A stretch of 64,000 nt of DNA from a virus. The notes beneath the pieces are model-generated. The model made no database searches, was not told where the DNA came from, and saw only the letters and a list, made by a program, of their open reading frames with translations. The stretch is from IMG/VR virus record IMGVR_UViG_3300006874_000013, positions 1 through 64,000 of that record; one strand, given 5' to 3'. The position numbers and the translations under genes are program-made. How positions within the stretch are numbered: position 1 is the first letter of the stretch; each line of letters opens with the position of its first letter. This document shows positions 8,445 through 19,100 of this stretch, piece after piece.

Positions 8445-9102
8445 TTCTCACATAATTGTCAAATAATTTTACAGTAAAGACACTACAAGATCTTAGATCG
8501 CTTGGCAGTTGTCTTTGTGCATATTCATCTGTGAGAAGTTCTGCAAGACTTATTGTTGTGTAGTAAAAAAGCACATGTGGGTCGTCTTTAGCAGTAATAT
8601 AAAATTTACAAAGTCTTACACCATTGCGTGTAGCACTGATAGGATACACATCAGTATATTCTTCTTTTACTGTGGGATTCATAAACACTCTTATATGTTT
8701 CTCTGTGAGTTTGACTTTGATATCCCAAAGTTTGCTATCGCTAAATTCTACATTGTAAAGAAAGTCTGCATTTGCATCTATAACATTGTTTTCAATTGGT
8801 CGCAATTCAATACTGTATAAGTTATCAACATTTGGATCTTTTTTAACTCTGTATTTGTTGATTGTCTTTTCTTTATCAATTAAAATTTTTAATTGATCTT
8901 GTGTAAAGTCGTGTGTTAACCAATCAGGTCTTACTTCCACATCTGAAGAAGTAAAACAAACTATATTACCCTCTTTGTCAAAATATAATTTATAATTTTT
9001 AGTTTGATTTACAAGAGCGTCAACGCCTCCTGCCTCTTCCTTGGCTTTTACAAAGGCTTGTCTTCTCGCAAGTGCCGCATCTGAAATTTGATCATCTGCC
9101 AT
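8431..9102 (-). CDS. Hypothetical protein
   Basis: 223-aa ORF overlapping both neighbours in the operon; no recognisable motif. Confidence 0.75.
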   Translation of the reverse strand: MADDQISDAALARRQAFVKAKEEAGGVDALVNQTKNYKLYFDKEGNIVCFTSSDVEVRPDWLTHDFTQDQLKILIDKEKTINKYRVKKDPNVDNLYSIELRPIENNVIDANADFLYNVEFSDSKLWDIKVKLTEKHIRVFMNPTVKEEYTDVYPISATRNGVRLCKFYITAKDDPHVLFYYTTISLAELLTDEYAQRQLPSDLRSCSVFTVKLFDNYVRNDKD

Positions 9103-9958
9103 AATCTGTCTCCAATTGTTGAATTCTTTTTTCTGTCATCCAATCCTTTTGCACATAATGAAATGGTAGTAACTGTTGAAAGTTACCTATCTTAAAGTCA
9201 TTATATGTTTTGTAATATGTGGGAATACTGTCTTCCCAGTAATCTGATATAGTTGCACCCTTAATGTTTTGAATATGACTTTTCATATGTACAAATGTGG
9301 GCACTGCATCTATGTTTTCTCTAGTGCATTCTGATTCTATTCCTAGTAACTTAATTGCTAGAGCAAAAGCAACATCCGCACTTAATATATCTGGTTTGCC
9401 TTTTGGTAGGTACTTGTAAAACATTCTTTGCCAGTGTTGAAATATTATTTCTATCATAGTAAATAATTCTGCGGCTAATTCGCTTTTCTTAAAATAAAAG
9501 AATGCTGTGTATATGTTAGGCAAATTATTTAATTCGAAGGTTTTTCGATAGTAACCTCCTTTGGCAATTTCCCCTCTAAAGGTTCTCACATTTGTAGTTG
9601 CCCATACATCTTTTTGTTCAAGTATATCCCACCAGTGGCTTACATCTGTAGGAAAAATCATATCTGTATCTAAAATAACAGTCTCGTCATAAGGAGTCAT
9701 ATGAAAATATTTCCACTTGTTATTAATTTTCCAATCTAATTCTTTTTCAGCGTCATCGTTCCATGGTATATCAATTATCTTATCAAAAACATTTTCGTGT
9801 CTCTGTCTAAGTAATTTACGTGTAGGTGCATCAACACAAACAGCCAATTTGTTAACTGTACTTTGTGTTAGTTTTAGATTTAATGCTAGTGCATAAGCCT
9901 GTTCCAAATAATTTACATCTTTGGTATTTTGTGCTATTACAATATATCCTTTGCTCAT
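9092..9958 (-). CDS. Glycosyltransferase (GT8/mannosyltransferase-like, GT-A fold)
   Basis: KGYIVIAQN...NKWKYFHMTPYDETVILDTDMIF with a DxD motif, FFYFKKS and HMK. Confidence 0.7.
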   Translation of the reverse strand: MSKGYIVIAQNTKDVNYLEQAYALALNLKLTQSTVNKLAVCVDAPTRKLLRQRHENVFDKIIDIPWNDDAEKELDWKINNKWKYFHMTPYDETVILDTDMIFPTDVSHWWDILEQKDVWATTNVRTFRGEIAKGGYYRKTFELNNLPNIYTAFFYFKKSELAAELFTMIEIIFQHWQRMFYKYLPKGKPDILSADVAFALAIKLLGIESECTRENIDAVPTFVHMKSHIQNIKGATISDYWEDSIPTYYKTYNDFKIGNFQQLLPFHYVQKDWMTEKRIQQLETDYGR

Positions 9959-10176
9959 ATTTCTCGTATCACTATTATTCCGTATTGGTCCATTGCTACT
10001 GTTTTACAACCTACATTGTCTATGCCTTTGTTTGCAAAATCAATCATGCGTTGGCTATTACCGCATATAATTTTTAATGGTACACGATCTTGATTCATAA
10101 GAATAAAATCTTCTACCATTACTTCTACTTCGTGGTGCCTTACACCGTGTAAATCTAAATTATGTGTTATCCCCAT
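9955..10176 (-). CDS. Stand-alone Smr (small MutS-related) domain-like protein
   Basis: LDLHG motif and IICGNS (equivalent to IITGxG); about 73 aa from ATG 10176. Confidence 0.6.
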   Translation of the reverse strand: MGITHNLDLHGVRHHEVEVMVEDFILMNQDRVPLKIICGNSQRMIDFANKGIDNVGCKTVAMDQYGIIVIREI

Positions 10177-10321
10177 CAAACTTTCTTTCACCTCTTGAAT
10201 AACTGTCCTCAGGGTCTATTTCTGCATCAGCATTCATAAATCTCATACGTTGTACTAAGTCCCAATTGACTTCTTTCCAATCTTCTTGAATACTGATATA
10301 TTCTTCTTTTTTCTTATTCAT
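10160..10321 (-). CDS. Small hypothetical protein (53 aa)
   Basis: Manual translation MNKKKEEYISIQEDWKEVNWDLVQRMRFMNADAEIDPEDSYSRGERKFDGDNT*; ATGA coupling to the upstream ORF fills the gap in the operon. Confidence 0.55.
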   Translation of the reverse strand: MNKKKEEYISIQEDWKEVNWDLVQRMRFMNADAEIDPEDSYSRGERKFDGDNT

Positions 10322-10425
10322 TTCTTTTTTTGATTTTTCATAAACAATCTATCTGCTTGACGTTGAAGACTTTTTTCAAGTTGTTTGTCAAACCACTTTC
10401 TAAACCATTGCCTAATCTTTCCCAT
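10318..10425 (-). CDS. Small basic hypothetical peptide (35 aa)
   Basis: Manual translation MGKIRQWFRKWFDKQLEKSLQRQADRLFMKNQKKK*; overlaps both neighbours. Confidence 0.5.
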   Translation of the reverse strand: MGKIRQWFRKWFDKQLEKSLQRQADRLFMKNQKKK

Positions 10426-10597
10426 TTTTCAAACTCCAATCTTCAGTAAACATACAATGACGCCTATTGCCTTTTGGTGTTACGTACACAAACTGCATTG
10501 CTAATAGTTGTTCAACGGTGCCCTCATTTACTCTGTTAAAATAAGGTTCCTTGTGTACTATGTAATCACCTACACTAGGCGCTTTGCGTTTACCCAC
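10412..10597 (-). CDS. Small hypothetical protein (61 aa)
   Basis: GTG start with an upstream purine-rich SD-like tract; tight operon packing. Confidence 0.6.
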   Translation of the reverse strand: MGKRKAPSVGDYIVHKEPYFNRVNEGTVEQLLAMQFVYVTPKGNRRHCMFTEDWSLKNGKD

Positions 10598-10602
10598 TTC
10601 TT

Positions 10603-11580
10603 CTATCCTGTGCTTGTTGCTTTTTTAGTTCTTCGTTTTGTTTTGGCTTTTGTTGTTGTTGTTTTTGTGCCATTGTTAACTCCTAAATATTGTAGCATAT
10701 CTTTACTTACCCTGTTAAGGGCCCACTTATTCATAATATGAATATCAACATCACGCCAATGCGTGATAATAAAATCTCCAGGGCTTCTTGGCTTTTCTAA
10801 TAATAATGCAATAGTATTTAATCCTGTAACTTTCCACACATCATCTAAGTCCCATGTTTTATATAATTTTATGGGCAGTTGTTGTACGCCTTTGTCTTTG
10901 TAACCTGCTAACATGTGAGCGGCTATACTAAAACTATAATCATTTCTATACACACTGTTATTGAATTTATACAAGTCACTATAATAGTCTCTATTATTTT
11001 TTACATGCTTTACAAAATTAAAAAATGTTTCGCATGTGGTATCTTTTCTAAAATACACTACAGTTGCCCAATACATTGAAATACCTAGTGGACTTAATCT
11101 ATCAAGATCCTGATATCTTCTACCACGCATGATATCTGTGTATTCCCAATTCATCATTAAATTATTTTGATGTCCCCAACAATGATTCAACGAATTACTA
11201 AGTATCAAGTAATCCGCATCTATCATTATGGTTTCATCATATGGGGATAGATCATAAGCATCACAGCGATTAATGTTGTAAAAGGATAGTTGCTTTGATG
11301 TGTGACTTGTGTCTTTGTAAGTGCGATTATTTTTGAGTTTGAATTCTCGATCTTTTTCAATCTCAATAATATTGCTGGTACACTTGTTGATAAACCTTTT
11401 ACCAACATCTTTGATTTTATATTTTAGGCTGTGTGGATCAGTTATAATAGTAATTTGATCTTTTGTAAATCCTAGGTTCTTTTGTATTAATAGTGCATTG
11501 GTCAGAGCTAAACCTAAATAATCAATCTCGGTATTATTGTGGGCAAATATTAATATACCTCGGCTATTCTCCGTCTTCAT
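10603..11580 (-). CDS. Glycosyltransferase (GT8-like, GT-A fold), paralog of 9092..9958
   Basis: RGILIFAHNN...AYDLSPYDETIMIDADYLI with a DxD motif, WATVVYFRK, RNDYSFSIA and HIMNK; Lys/Thr-rich tail. Confidence 0.7.
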   Translation of the reverse strand: MKTENSRGILIFAHNNTEIDYLGLALTNALLIQKNLGFTKDQITIITDPHSLKYKIKDVGKRFINKCTSNIIEIEKDREFKLKNNRTYKDTSHTSKQLSFYNINRCDAYDLSPYDETIMIDADYLILSNSLNHCWGHQNNLMMNWEYTDIMRGRRYQDLDRLSPLGISMYWATVVYFRKDTTCETFFNFVKHVKNNRDYYSDLYKFNNSVYRNDYSFSIAAHMLAGYKDKGVQQLPIKLYKTWDLDDVWKVTGLNTIALLLEKPRSPGDFIITHWRDVDIHIMNKWALNRVSKDMLQYLGVNNGTKTTTTKAKTKRRTKKATSTG

Positions 11581-11923
11581 TTAAGTCTAGTACCCTGTGT
11601 GTTTTTCTTGCTTGTTTTAGTTTTTCAAACTCAATTAGATATTCATTTGTTACTTCAAAATATCTACTGGTAATCTCTTCTACAAATTCATCTAAGTTAA
11701 CTTCAATTGGATTTTCATATATGTCCAATAGCACTGCTGTTTTGTGTTTTTGTTCTTGGAGCATATTGCAGAATGTGATTAAATTTCTATCAATAGAAAA
11801 TGTGCCACCGTTAATACTGTAACTTAGCAAACTTTGTGTTTTTGCCCTTAGAGCATCTTGTTGATTGTTTAAGGTTATGCGATAGTTTGAAAATTCTAAT
11901 GCTTTAGTTAATTTTGCACTCAT
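11564..11923 (-). CDS. Conserved hypothetical phage protein
   Basis: 119-aa ORF (KALEFSNYRITLNNQ...NGGTF) that heads the operon downstream of TATAAATA. Confidence 0.75.
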   Translation of the reverse strand: MSAKLTKALEFSNYRITLNNQQDALRAKTQSLLSYSINGGTFSIDRNLITFCNMLQEQKHKTAVLLDIYENPIEVNLDEFVEEITSRYFEVTNEYLIEFEKLKQARKTHRVLDLNEDGE

Positions 11924-11935
11924 CTTGTGTTCCCA

Positions 11936-11943
11936 TATTTATA
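11936..11943 (-). promoter_or_regulatory. T4-type late promoter TATAAATA
   Basis: Exact TATAAATA on the minus strand, 12 nt upstream of ATG 11923 and just downstream of a terminator. It heads the glycosyltransferase operon. Confidence 0.65.
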
Positions 11944-11957
11944 CTGATATTTAAGTC

Positions 11958-11991
11958 AAAAAAAAGCCAGTAAGTGATTTTACTGGCTTTT
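11958..11991 (-). terminator. Rho-independent terminator
   Basis: Minus strand AAAGCCAGTAA-AATCAC-TTACTGGCTTT followed by further Ts, directly after the stop of 12010..12987. Confidence 0.85.
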
Positions 11992-12009
11992 AGATTTGCG
12001 TGATTGTTA

Positions 12010-12987
12010 TTATGAACCGCTTATTGCACCCATACTGTCTGTAGGCTGAGTAAAGGTAAAGCCAGAGCCGTTAGCATCTGGTGCATGCCTTCTTGCATTG
12101 ATTGTTAACGTACCTGTTGCACTTGCGTCGATTACGTTATCAGTTGCGTCAATAAGTTGTATTCTCAGTGTTACCACTGTTGGGTTTGTTACACTGTTAA
12201 CTTTTGCTGATGTTTGAACATAGTCATTTGAGTATGGAGCACTTGCACCATAGTATGTCCAAAGTGTTTGATATGATGTTGCTAGTTCGTAAAAACCAAT
12301 ACCACTTGCACTACCTGCACCTGCATTTGATGTTGAGTAATCCATATAGAAATCACCCATGCCACTTAATCTTGCCGCATGTGCATCAAACTGATCACCA
12401 CTTGAACCTGTGTAACTAGCACTGAAACCTAAACGTCCACCACCGTTAAAGAATGCTCTACAAGCACCCTCACTAGCAAATGTCCAAGTTGTTTCTTGCG
12501 TTAGTGTGTTAGTCCATGAACTGGTATATGTTACACTTGCATCTGTTGCTACACTTCTACTTGCTGGACCAAATCTAGCATTCCAGCAATCTTGAATGTT
12601 TAACATCAAATTTGACCAAGTAGTTGCCGCAATAGTTGTGCTTGAACTTACATCTGAACTAACACCAGAGCGTTGACTTACACCTAAAAACAAACACAAT
12701 GCCTGTACATCATCCTGAAGTCTTTTGAAACCGCCTGTTGCGTTGTCAGCATATACAATGCCTCCTGCACTTGCGGCATTAACACCGGCACCACCTTGAC
12801 TGTATCCATAAGCAGTAGAATATGTAAATGAAGCGCCTGCAGACAACTGAACGTCTTGTGAACCACCTAGTAATTTGTTTACGTTAGTACGAGCATTATT
12901 GAAATCTGCGTCATCTATAACGTCACCAGCAACAACTTGCGTCATTGTAGTCATACCGTCTGCGGTAACTGAACTTCCTGATGCCAT
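12010..12987 (-). CDS. Virion structural protein (tail/fibre-associated, Ser/Thr/Gly/Ala-rich)
   Basis: Small-residue-rich composition and RAFFNGGG motif; has its own GATAAATA promoter, AGGAG SD and terminator; lies within the tail region. Confidence 0.6.
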   Translation of the reverse strand: MASGSSVTADGMTTMTQVVAGDVIDDADFNNARTNVNKLLGGSQDVQLSAGASFTYSTAYGYSQGGAGVNAASAGGIVYADNATGGFKRLQDDVQALCLFLGVSQRSGVSSDVSSSTTIAATTWSNLMLNIQDCWNARFGPASRSVATDASVTYTSSWTNTLTQETTWTFASEGACRAFFNGGGRLGFSASYTGSSGDQFDAHAARLSGMGDFYMDYSTSNAGAGSASGIGFYELATSYQTLWTYYGASAPYSNDYVQTSAKVNSVTNPTVVTLRIQLIDATDNVIDASATGTLTINARRHAPDANGSGFTFTQPTDSMGAISGS

Positions 12988-13011
12988 ATGTATCTCCTAA
13001 TAATATACTTG

Positions 13012-13019
13012 TATTTATC
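13012..13019 (-). promoter_or_regulatory. Late promoter GATAAATA
   Basis: GATAAATA overlapping the upstream TAG stop, ahead of the SD and ATG 12987. Confidence 0.65.
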
Positions 13020-16000
13020 TATTTTACACCGATGACTGCTTCAATAACGCCTGCGTCACCGTCTTCTTTATCTTCTAAACTTCTACCAATAACTGCTCTA
13101 GCATCGTACTCATCTTCGCCTAATGCCCAGGCAACACCTGGTACGTCACTGCTGATTAATCTTTCGCCTTTGCAAACTTTGCCTATTACTTTAACAGGAA
13201 CTCGACCTGTTAATGCTACAGGTAAACCCTCTGCATCTTTGTTCATTAGATATGCTGGATCAGTAGATATCACACCAAACACTTCTGTGTCTGCATGATT
13301 TGTAGTTTGAGTTATTTCTGCACTTCCGCCCAGTTTCACAACTGTGCCTGCTTCGTATTGTTCATCACTTGCATATATCTCAGCCAAGTCAGCATATTGA
13401 GCCTGTGTTGCTGTTGCAGTAATTGTGCCTGCCGCAAAATTACCACTTGAATCTCTAACTACGGCCTTACTTGCTGTATTTGTACTTGTGAACGTGGTTG
13501 TGTCTGACAAGTCAACAGTTAATGTAACATTACCTGCTGTGCCACCTCCACCTAAACCATTACCTGCGGTAACGCCAGAAATTAATCCAGTGTCTGATAA
13601 ACTAATAACACCCGTTGAGTTATCATAAGTTATGCCAGTACCACCTGATACTCTGCCTCTGATATAACTTTCGTGGTTAGTAATACTACTAACAGTACCT
13701 GTTAACGCACCTGTTGAATTTTCTAAAATTTTTGTTCCGTCGTCTTTGAGGACATCACCTCTGATGTCACCGTCAAAGAAATTATTTGCAGTAAACGTAT
13801 CACCTATATAATTAGTTGTGGTCAACGTATGAGTTACAGCATTGTAGGAAATTTCGGTTGCATCGGTATATAATGGTCTATCAGTTCCTGTTCCTGACTG
13901 TGACATAACAATATAGTTTGTTGTAGCACTAGTACTTGTTAATGTTACAGCGGCCGCATTGTCTGAGTTATCAGCAGTACCAATTAAATCACCTGTAAAG
14001 TTACCTGTTGCACTGATATTAGTTGCAGTAACTTGTGTTAATCCTGTTATGGTTGTATCAAGATTAACAGTAATTGTTTGCCCACTTGCACTACTTGTTA
14101 AGTTTGTACCACCGCTAACTGTGAGAACTTGTGTATCTAAATCTACTAGACCAGTTCCTGAATTACCAGCAATACTTAAATCGTCATCTCTGTCTAATCC
14201 ATCGACGTATGCTTTCAATTCTGTGTTAGCAGTATCAACGTAATCTTTTACAGCGGCTGATGTTGGTATTGTTGTATCAGTGTCATTACTTGCAATACCA
14301 TCTGCTTCGTCAACAAATTTAGTTACAGTAATACTTTCGCCTGTATCTCTCAGAGAGCCAAATGACACAGTGCCGCCTATTGTGGCGTCACCTGATGCTG
14401 TTGTGAATCCTGCTGAAGTAAATACACCTGTACCTACAATAGTACCAGGACCAAATGTCAATGATCCTGATGCAGAAATAAATTCCATTTCTGGTGCAGT
14501 ACCACCAACTCTCAATTTGTTTACATACAGTCTATCTTCACTAGGAATATATTTGAGATTAAAGTTATTTGTGCCGCCACCTTTTAGGTCACTAGCACTA
14601 CCAGTAGCATCTGAGAACAATACATATTGTGCTCCAGTAGATGTTGTATCTGATGTGATACTAACCTGTGTTGCTGGACCTACTAGTCTACCTGTGCCAC
14701 TTAAATTAATATCTTGGTTTGCTCTAACATTTATTTCATTAAATGTTGCAGAAGGAGAACCTGATGCAGACATAATTAATGAACTATCAAATGTTGCAAC
14801 ACCTGTAACACCTAATGCTCCGTCAACATTAGTGATACCTAAATTAGATGTTCCTGTTACTGATAAATCTTGATCAAATGTAACATCGCCTAGTGATCTC
14901 AATGACGATGTGATGTTTGCGGTAGCAATGTTTCCGTTATCTGCAAAAATATTGTTTACATAAATGTTATCAATTTTATTTGATAAATCACCTAAATCTT
15001 CTGCGCCTAAACCATTTACAACTAAGTTACCATTAATGGTTGTATCGCCATTAAGTGTAGAAGTGTTGTTAACTGTTAACACATCTGTTACTAGTTCTGC
15101 AGATGTAATACTTAGTGAACCACTGCTACTAGTTAAATCACCCGTTAAGTCTATGTCACCACCGACAACTAAATCATCGTTAACAGTGATGTCTTCAATT
15201 GTTAAACTAGATAAGCCAATAATGCTGTTAGCATATAATGTTGTCACTTCGTTTGAAGCGTCACCTATTTGGTTGGCGTATAATGTATCAAATGATGTAA
15301 CAGCATCCAACTCGTATTCTTGTCTAACATTAATACCTTTTTTGATTAGTCCAGTTGCTCTACCAGTACGTGATGATGCTATACCAACACCAGTTTGTGT
15401 TAGTTCAGGATTGTAGTTAATTGTTAAACCATCTACAGGTGTTTGAGTATCAGACGCTATTGTAAATTGACTGTCTGAGAACAATGCCATGATTGTTTCG
15501 TATTGCTCGCCAATTTGTGTTGTACCTCTGTTTGCACCTGCATTTGAATCTATAGTGCTTTTTACATACACTAATGCCAATACTGGATGTACAATGCCAA
15601 TCGGCCCGTCTTCTTTTAAGAAAAGTGTACGTAATCTAGTTCCAAAGAATGTGGCATTATCGTTGTTAAGATCATTGCTAAATGTATTAGTAATTTCTCC
15701 ACCATATGATGCTGGTAAGAATTGATTACCGTTGTAAATTTCTAATACGTTTTTGCTTGTATTAAAGAATGCTGTACCTGCACGTAAATCAGTTGTTGGT
15801 CTATTAGGCTCACTGTTTACTAAAATGCCTGTGGATCTTTTCCATACATCACCGTCATAAACTTTGAATAAGCCTTCTGATTTATCATACCAAAGTTGTC
15901 CTGTTAATTTTACAGCAGGATTTGGTGCAGTAGAACTAGCAAAATTTTCTAAATGCCTTAAAGTGTTCTGAGCAAAATATTGTCCGTAGTTGGATACCTG

Positions 16001-16099
16001 GCGTCCAACTAGAGCCAGCGAATAATTAGTAGAATCGACTTTGTTGTCTTCTACTGTAACTGTAATTGTTTGATCGCTGTTTTTTATAATATATGGCAT
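13019..16099 (-). CDS. Tail fibre protein with C-terminal intramolecular chaperone (peptidase G2/IMC-like) domain
   Basis: N-terminal anchor (LVGR..NYG..NFA..GQLWYDK), beta-rich repeats, and C-terminal AQYADLAEIY...GVISTDPAYLMN...VALTGRVPVKV...IGRSLEDK. Confidence 0.8.
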   Translation of the reverse strand: MPYIIKNSDQTITVTVEDNKVDSTNYSLALVGRQVSNYGQYFAQNTLRHLENFASSTAPNPAVKLTGQLWYDKSEGLFKVYDGDVWKRSTGILVNSEPNRPTTDLRAGTAFFNTSKNVLEIYNGNQFLPASYGGEITNTFSNDLNNDNATFFGTRLRTLFLKEDGPIGIVHPVLALVYVKSTIDSNAGANRGTTQIGEQYETIMALFSDSQFTIASDTQTPVDGLTINYNPELTQTGVGIASSRTGRATGLIKKGINVRQEYELDAVTSFDTLYANQIGDASNEVTTLYANSIIGLSSLTIEDITVNDDLVVGGDIDLTGDLTSSSGSLSITSAELVTDVLTVNNTSTLNGDTTINGNLVVNGLGAEDLGDLSNKIDNIYVNNIFADNGNIATANITSSLRSLGDVTFDQDLSVTGTSNLGITNVDGALGVTGVATFDSSLIMSASGSPSATFNEINVRANQDINLSGTGRLVGPATQVSITSDTTSTGAQYVLFSDATGSASDLKGGGTNNFNLKYIPSEDRLYVNKLRVGGTAPEMEFISASGSLTFGPGTIVGTGVFTSAGFTTASGDATIGGTVSFGSLRDTGESITVTKFVDEADGIASNDTDTTIPTSAAVKDYVDTANTELKAYVDGLDRDDDLSIAGNSGTGLVDLDTQVLTVSGGTNLTSSASGQTITVNLDTTITGLTQVTATNISATGNFTGDLIGTADNSDNAAAVTLTSTSATTNYIVMSQSGTGTDRPLYTDATEISYNAVTHTLTTTNYIGDTFTANNFFDGDIRGDVLKDDGTKILENSTGALTGTVSSITNHESYIRGRVSGGTGITYDNSTGVISLSDTGLISGVTAGNGLGGGGTAGNVTLTVDLSDTTTFTSTNTASKAVVRDSSGNFAAGTITATATQAQYADLAEIYASDEQYEAGTVVKLGGSAEITQTTNHADTEVFGVISTDPAYLMNKDAEGLPVALTGRVPVKVIGKVCKGERLISSDVPGVAWALGEDEYDARAVIGRSLEDKEDGDAGVIEAVIGVK

Positions 16100-16118
16100 A
16101 CTTTTTACCTGTTTACAC

Positions 16119-16126
16119 TATTTATC
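16119..16126 (-). promoter_or_regulatory. Late promoter GATAAATA
   Basis: Lies in the 28-bp intergenic gap upstream of ATG 16099. Confidence 0.65.
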
Positions 16127-16127
16127 A

Positions 16128-19100
16128 TTATCGATCAATCCCAAAACTTGGTGTGTCTGTATTAAAAGTATCATCAATTGGATCAGTATATCCACAGAAT
16201 TCACTGTTAAATTCTATTACTTGTTGATATGTACCACCTTGTCCATCATGGTAGTCTTGATATTGTATGTACCTTGCACTTCCAGTTCCACAATATGCCG
16301 TTCCGGCTGGTGTACCTGCCGCTGGATGCTGTGGGGGCTCTTCATAACCACATGCTTCTGAGTTTTCTTCTATTAATTCTCTGTATGTACCGCCTTGTCC
16401 ATCATGATAGTTTTGATAACGATTATATCTTGTAGTTCCTGTGCCACAGAACGGTTGACCTGCTGGTGTTCCTCTATCTGGATAATCTGGAGCAGGAACA
16501 TAACCACATTCTTCAGAATTTGCTTCTACAGTTTCAAAATAGTATCCACCTTGGCCATCGTTATATGTTTGTACTAATGCATACTCACCATATTCATTAT
16601 ATTCTCCTAGTAAATTAGCACAAAATGGTGCACCCAGTGGTGTGCCATTGTCTGGATGATTAGGCTCAGGCTCTGGTTCTACATAACCACATGTTGTAGA
16701 ATTTCTTTCTACAACCTGTGTTGTTGTGCCGCCGGCGCCATCATGATAATCTTGATACAAGGTATACTCATCACTGCCAATGCCGCAATACTGATTACCT
16801 GAAGGAGTTCCTGCATCTGGATAGGTAGGTGGTGCTTCGTATCCACACTGTGTGGAATTTTCTTCTAGTAATACAGTAATAATGTTGCCATTTCCATCGT
16901 GCTGTCTTTGATACAAGTTGTATTGTGCTCTTCTTTCTCCACAGAATGGATCTCCTGCTGGTGTACCTTCTGGTGGATGATCTGGGCCCGGGTCCGGTAC
17001 TACGTAACCACACTGTGTAGAATTTGTTTCAATAACTCTGATTTCTGGTATGTTTGTAGATGTTGCAAAAGTCTGTAATAGATCAAACTCACCGTATGTA
17101 TTGTAAACTCCTAATACACTAGCACAGAACGGTTCACCAATTGGGTCACCTGGATTTGGTGTATCTATAATGGGTTCTTCGTAGCCACATATTTTAGAGT
17201 TTGCTTCAATTAAACGTGTCTCTGTCCCACCTTGTCCATCATGATAATCTTGATAGCGATTGAATCGATTTGACCCAGTGCCACAGTATGCCGCTCCGGC
17301 TGGTGTACCTGCCGCTGGGTGTTCATCATCTACAGGTGCTGTGTATCCACATAATTCTGAATTTGGTGTTTCTCTGGTTTCACTTGCGCCACCTTGACCG
17401 TCTGCAAGTACTTCATATAATGTATATTGCACACCCGGCATTGTGACTGGGCTACCTAACACATCAATGGTTCCGCCACCACAGTAAGAAAATATCACTG
17501 TTCCTGCCGCAGGATTTTCTTCTGGTATAAAGCCACATTCTGTGCTATTCACTGTGTCTAAAGTTCTTATTTCGCCACCTGTGCCATTAGCAACCACTTT
17601 GTATCTATTATACTGTGTGTTCTCAGTATTACCACATTCATATCTCAGGAATGTACCATATATAGGATATTGTGTATAACCACATAATGGACTATTAAAT
17701 TGTGTTTCTGTATAGAAACCGCCCTGACCATTGTGATACGTTACATATCTTGTGTATTGATCTGTGCCTGTTCCGCATATTGCAGAATGGAAAGTTCCGT
17801 ATGGTTCAGGTGTTACATCACCAAACTCTTCTTCTAAGTATTTCAGTAAGTCTTCATCACTACACCCAAAATCTGTGTTTAATGGAGCCGGTGGAGCATT
17901 AGAATTAAGGTAACCATATGTTTCAAAGTACTCCATTAAAGCAGTCCAATATGCTTCACATGCTGTGAAATCTGTTTCTGGGTCGCCGCCCGGATCAGGA
18001 TCATATAAACATGTTTGTACATCATTAGAACGTATAAATGTTGCTATTTCGCCACCTGATCCATCTGCAGTGATTTTATACAATTCATATCCAAGTGTGT
18101 TAGGATTACCGGTAGTATCTCTACATTCCCAACGCAAGAAAGTTCCAGCAGTGGGATCATCAGTACCTGGATCATTTGGACAAGGCCTATTTATGAAATT
18201 ATCGGCACCAAGTGAAACACTTATAGTTCCAACAGCATTAAATGTTTCTCCTGTCTCATTGTCTAATACTGAATATGTTGAGTGTCCTGATATATGAAAG
18301 CCCATTTCTGGACCCACTTTGACACCTGGTGTATCTGTTGACAGGCTCAAAGAAAACATGCCGCTGTTTACACTTACTCGACCTTGTACCATAAAAAACA
18401 CATCCATGATTGGATCTATTTGAGCTTCGTCATTTACATAAGCATGTCCAATTAATGTTTGATTAAGAGCCAATGTTTCTTGAGGAGTAAGGAAGAACGT
18501 TAGTCTATCAGAAAACTCGTCAGGTACACCAGAGTGCCAATTTCTAGTATAAGTTACACCATCATTGAATGGACCAGCCCTAGCAGTAAAAGTCCCACCA
18601 CCGTCAAAGAAGGCTGTCATAAACAATTCATCAACTGGCATTGTTGCAGGAGTACAATATTGTTGATGAACGCCCACATCATTAAATGTAGGAGTTGTAT
18701 ATTGGCTGTCAGTGTTGAGAATTTCTAAAGGCACTGAACCAATTGGACTGAGATTCACGCCTAGGCCGGACGCATCAAATATTTTCAATCTTCCGCGTTT
18801 AGTTTCATAATGATCTGGGTCTTCTCTGGTAACAACACTAAAATTACCTACGTATCTGCCATCTTTTCCGTTTCTTGGATAATTGTTATCATAAGTTAGG
18901 CTGTAAGTACCGGTTCTGTTACCTGTTGCTAGGTCATCAGTGTCATTGAGATCAGAGATACTGTAACTCAAAAATGGGCTCGGTACTTGATTAAAACCTT
19001 CATACTCGCCAACGTCATAGCCTTTTACATTTCTGCCCCAAACTGTGTAGTTAACAGTTTCTCCTTCGTCAACCACAGAGTGGCCTTCGTATGGCGCAGG

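Noticed and set aside
16190-17322. Similar DNA repeats in the adhesin as a DGR template/variable pair
   Set aside because: Differences include C/T and other non-adenine, often synonymous changes. Both copies are in-frame coding repeats, and no reverse transcriptase is in the window.
16180-18160. Repeats as a CRISPR array
   Set aside because: They are degenerate protein-coding repeats with no identical DNA repeat and unique spacer structure, and no cas genes are present.
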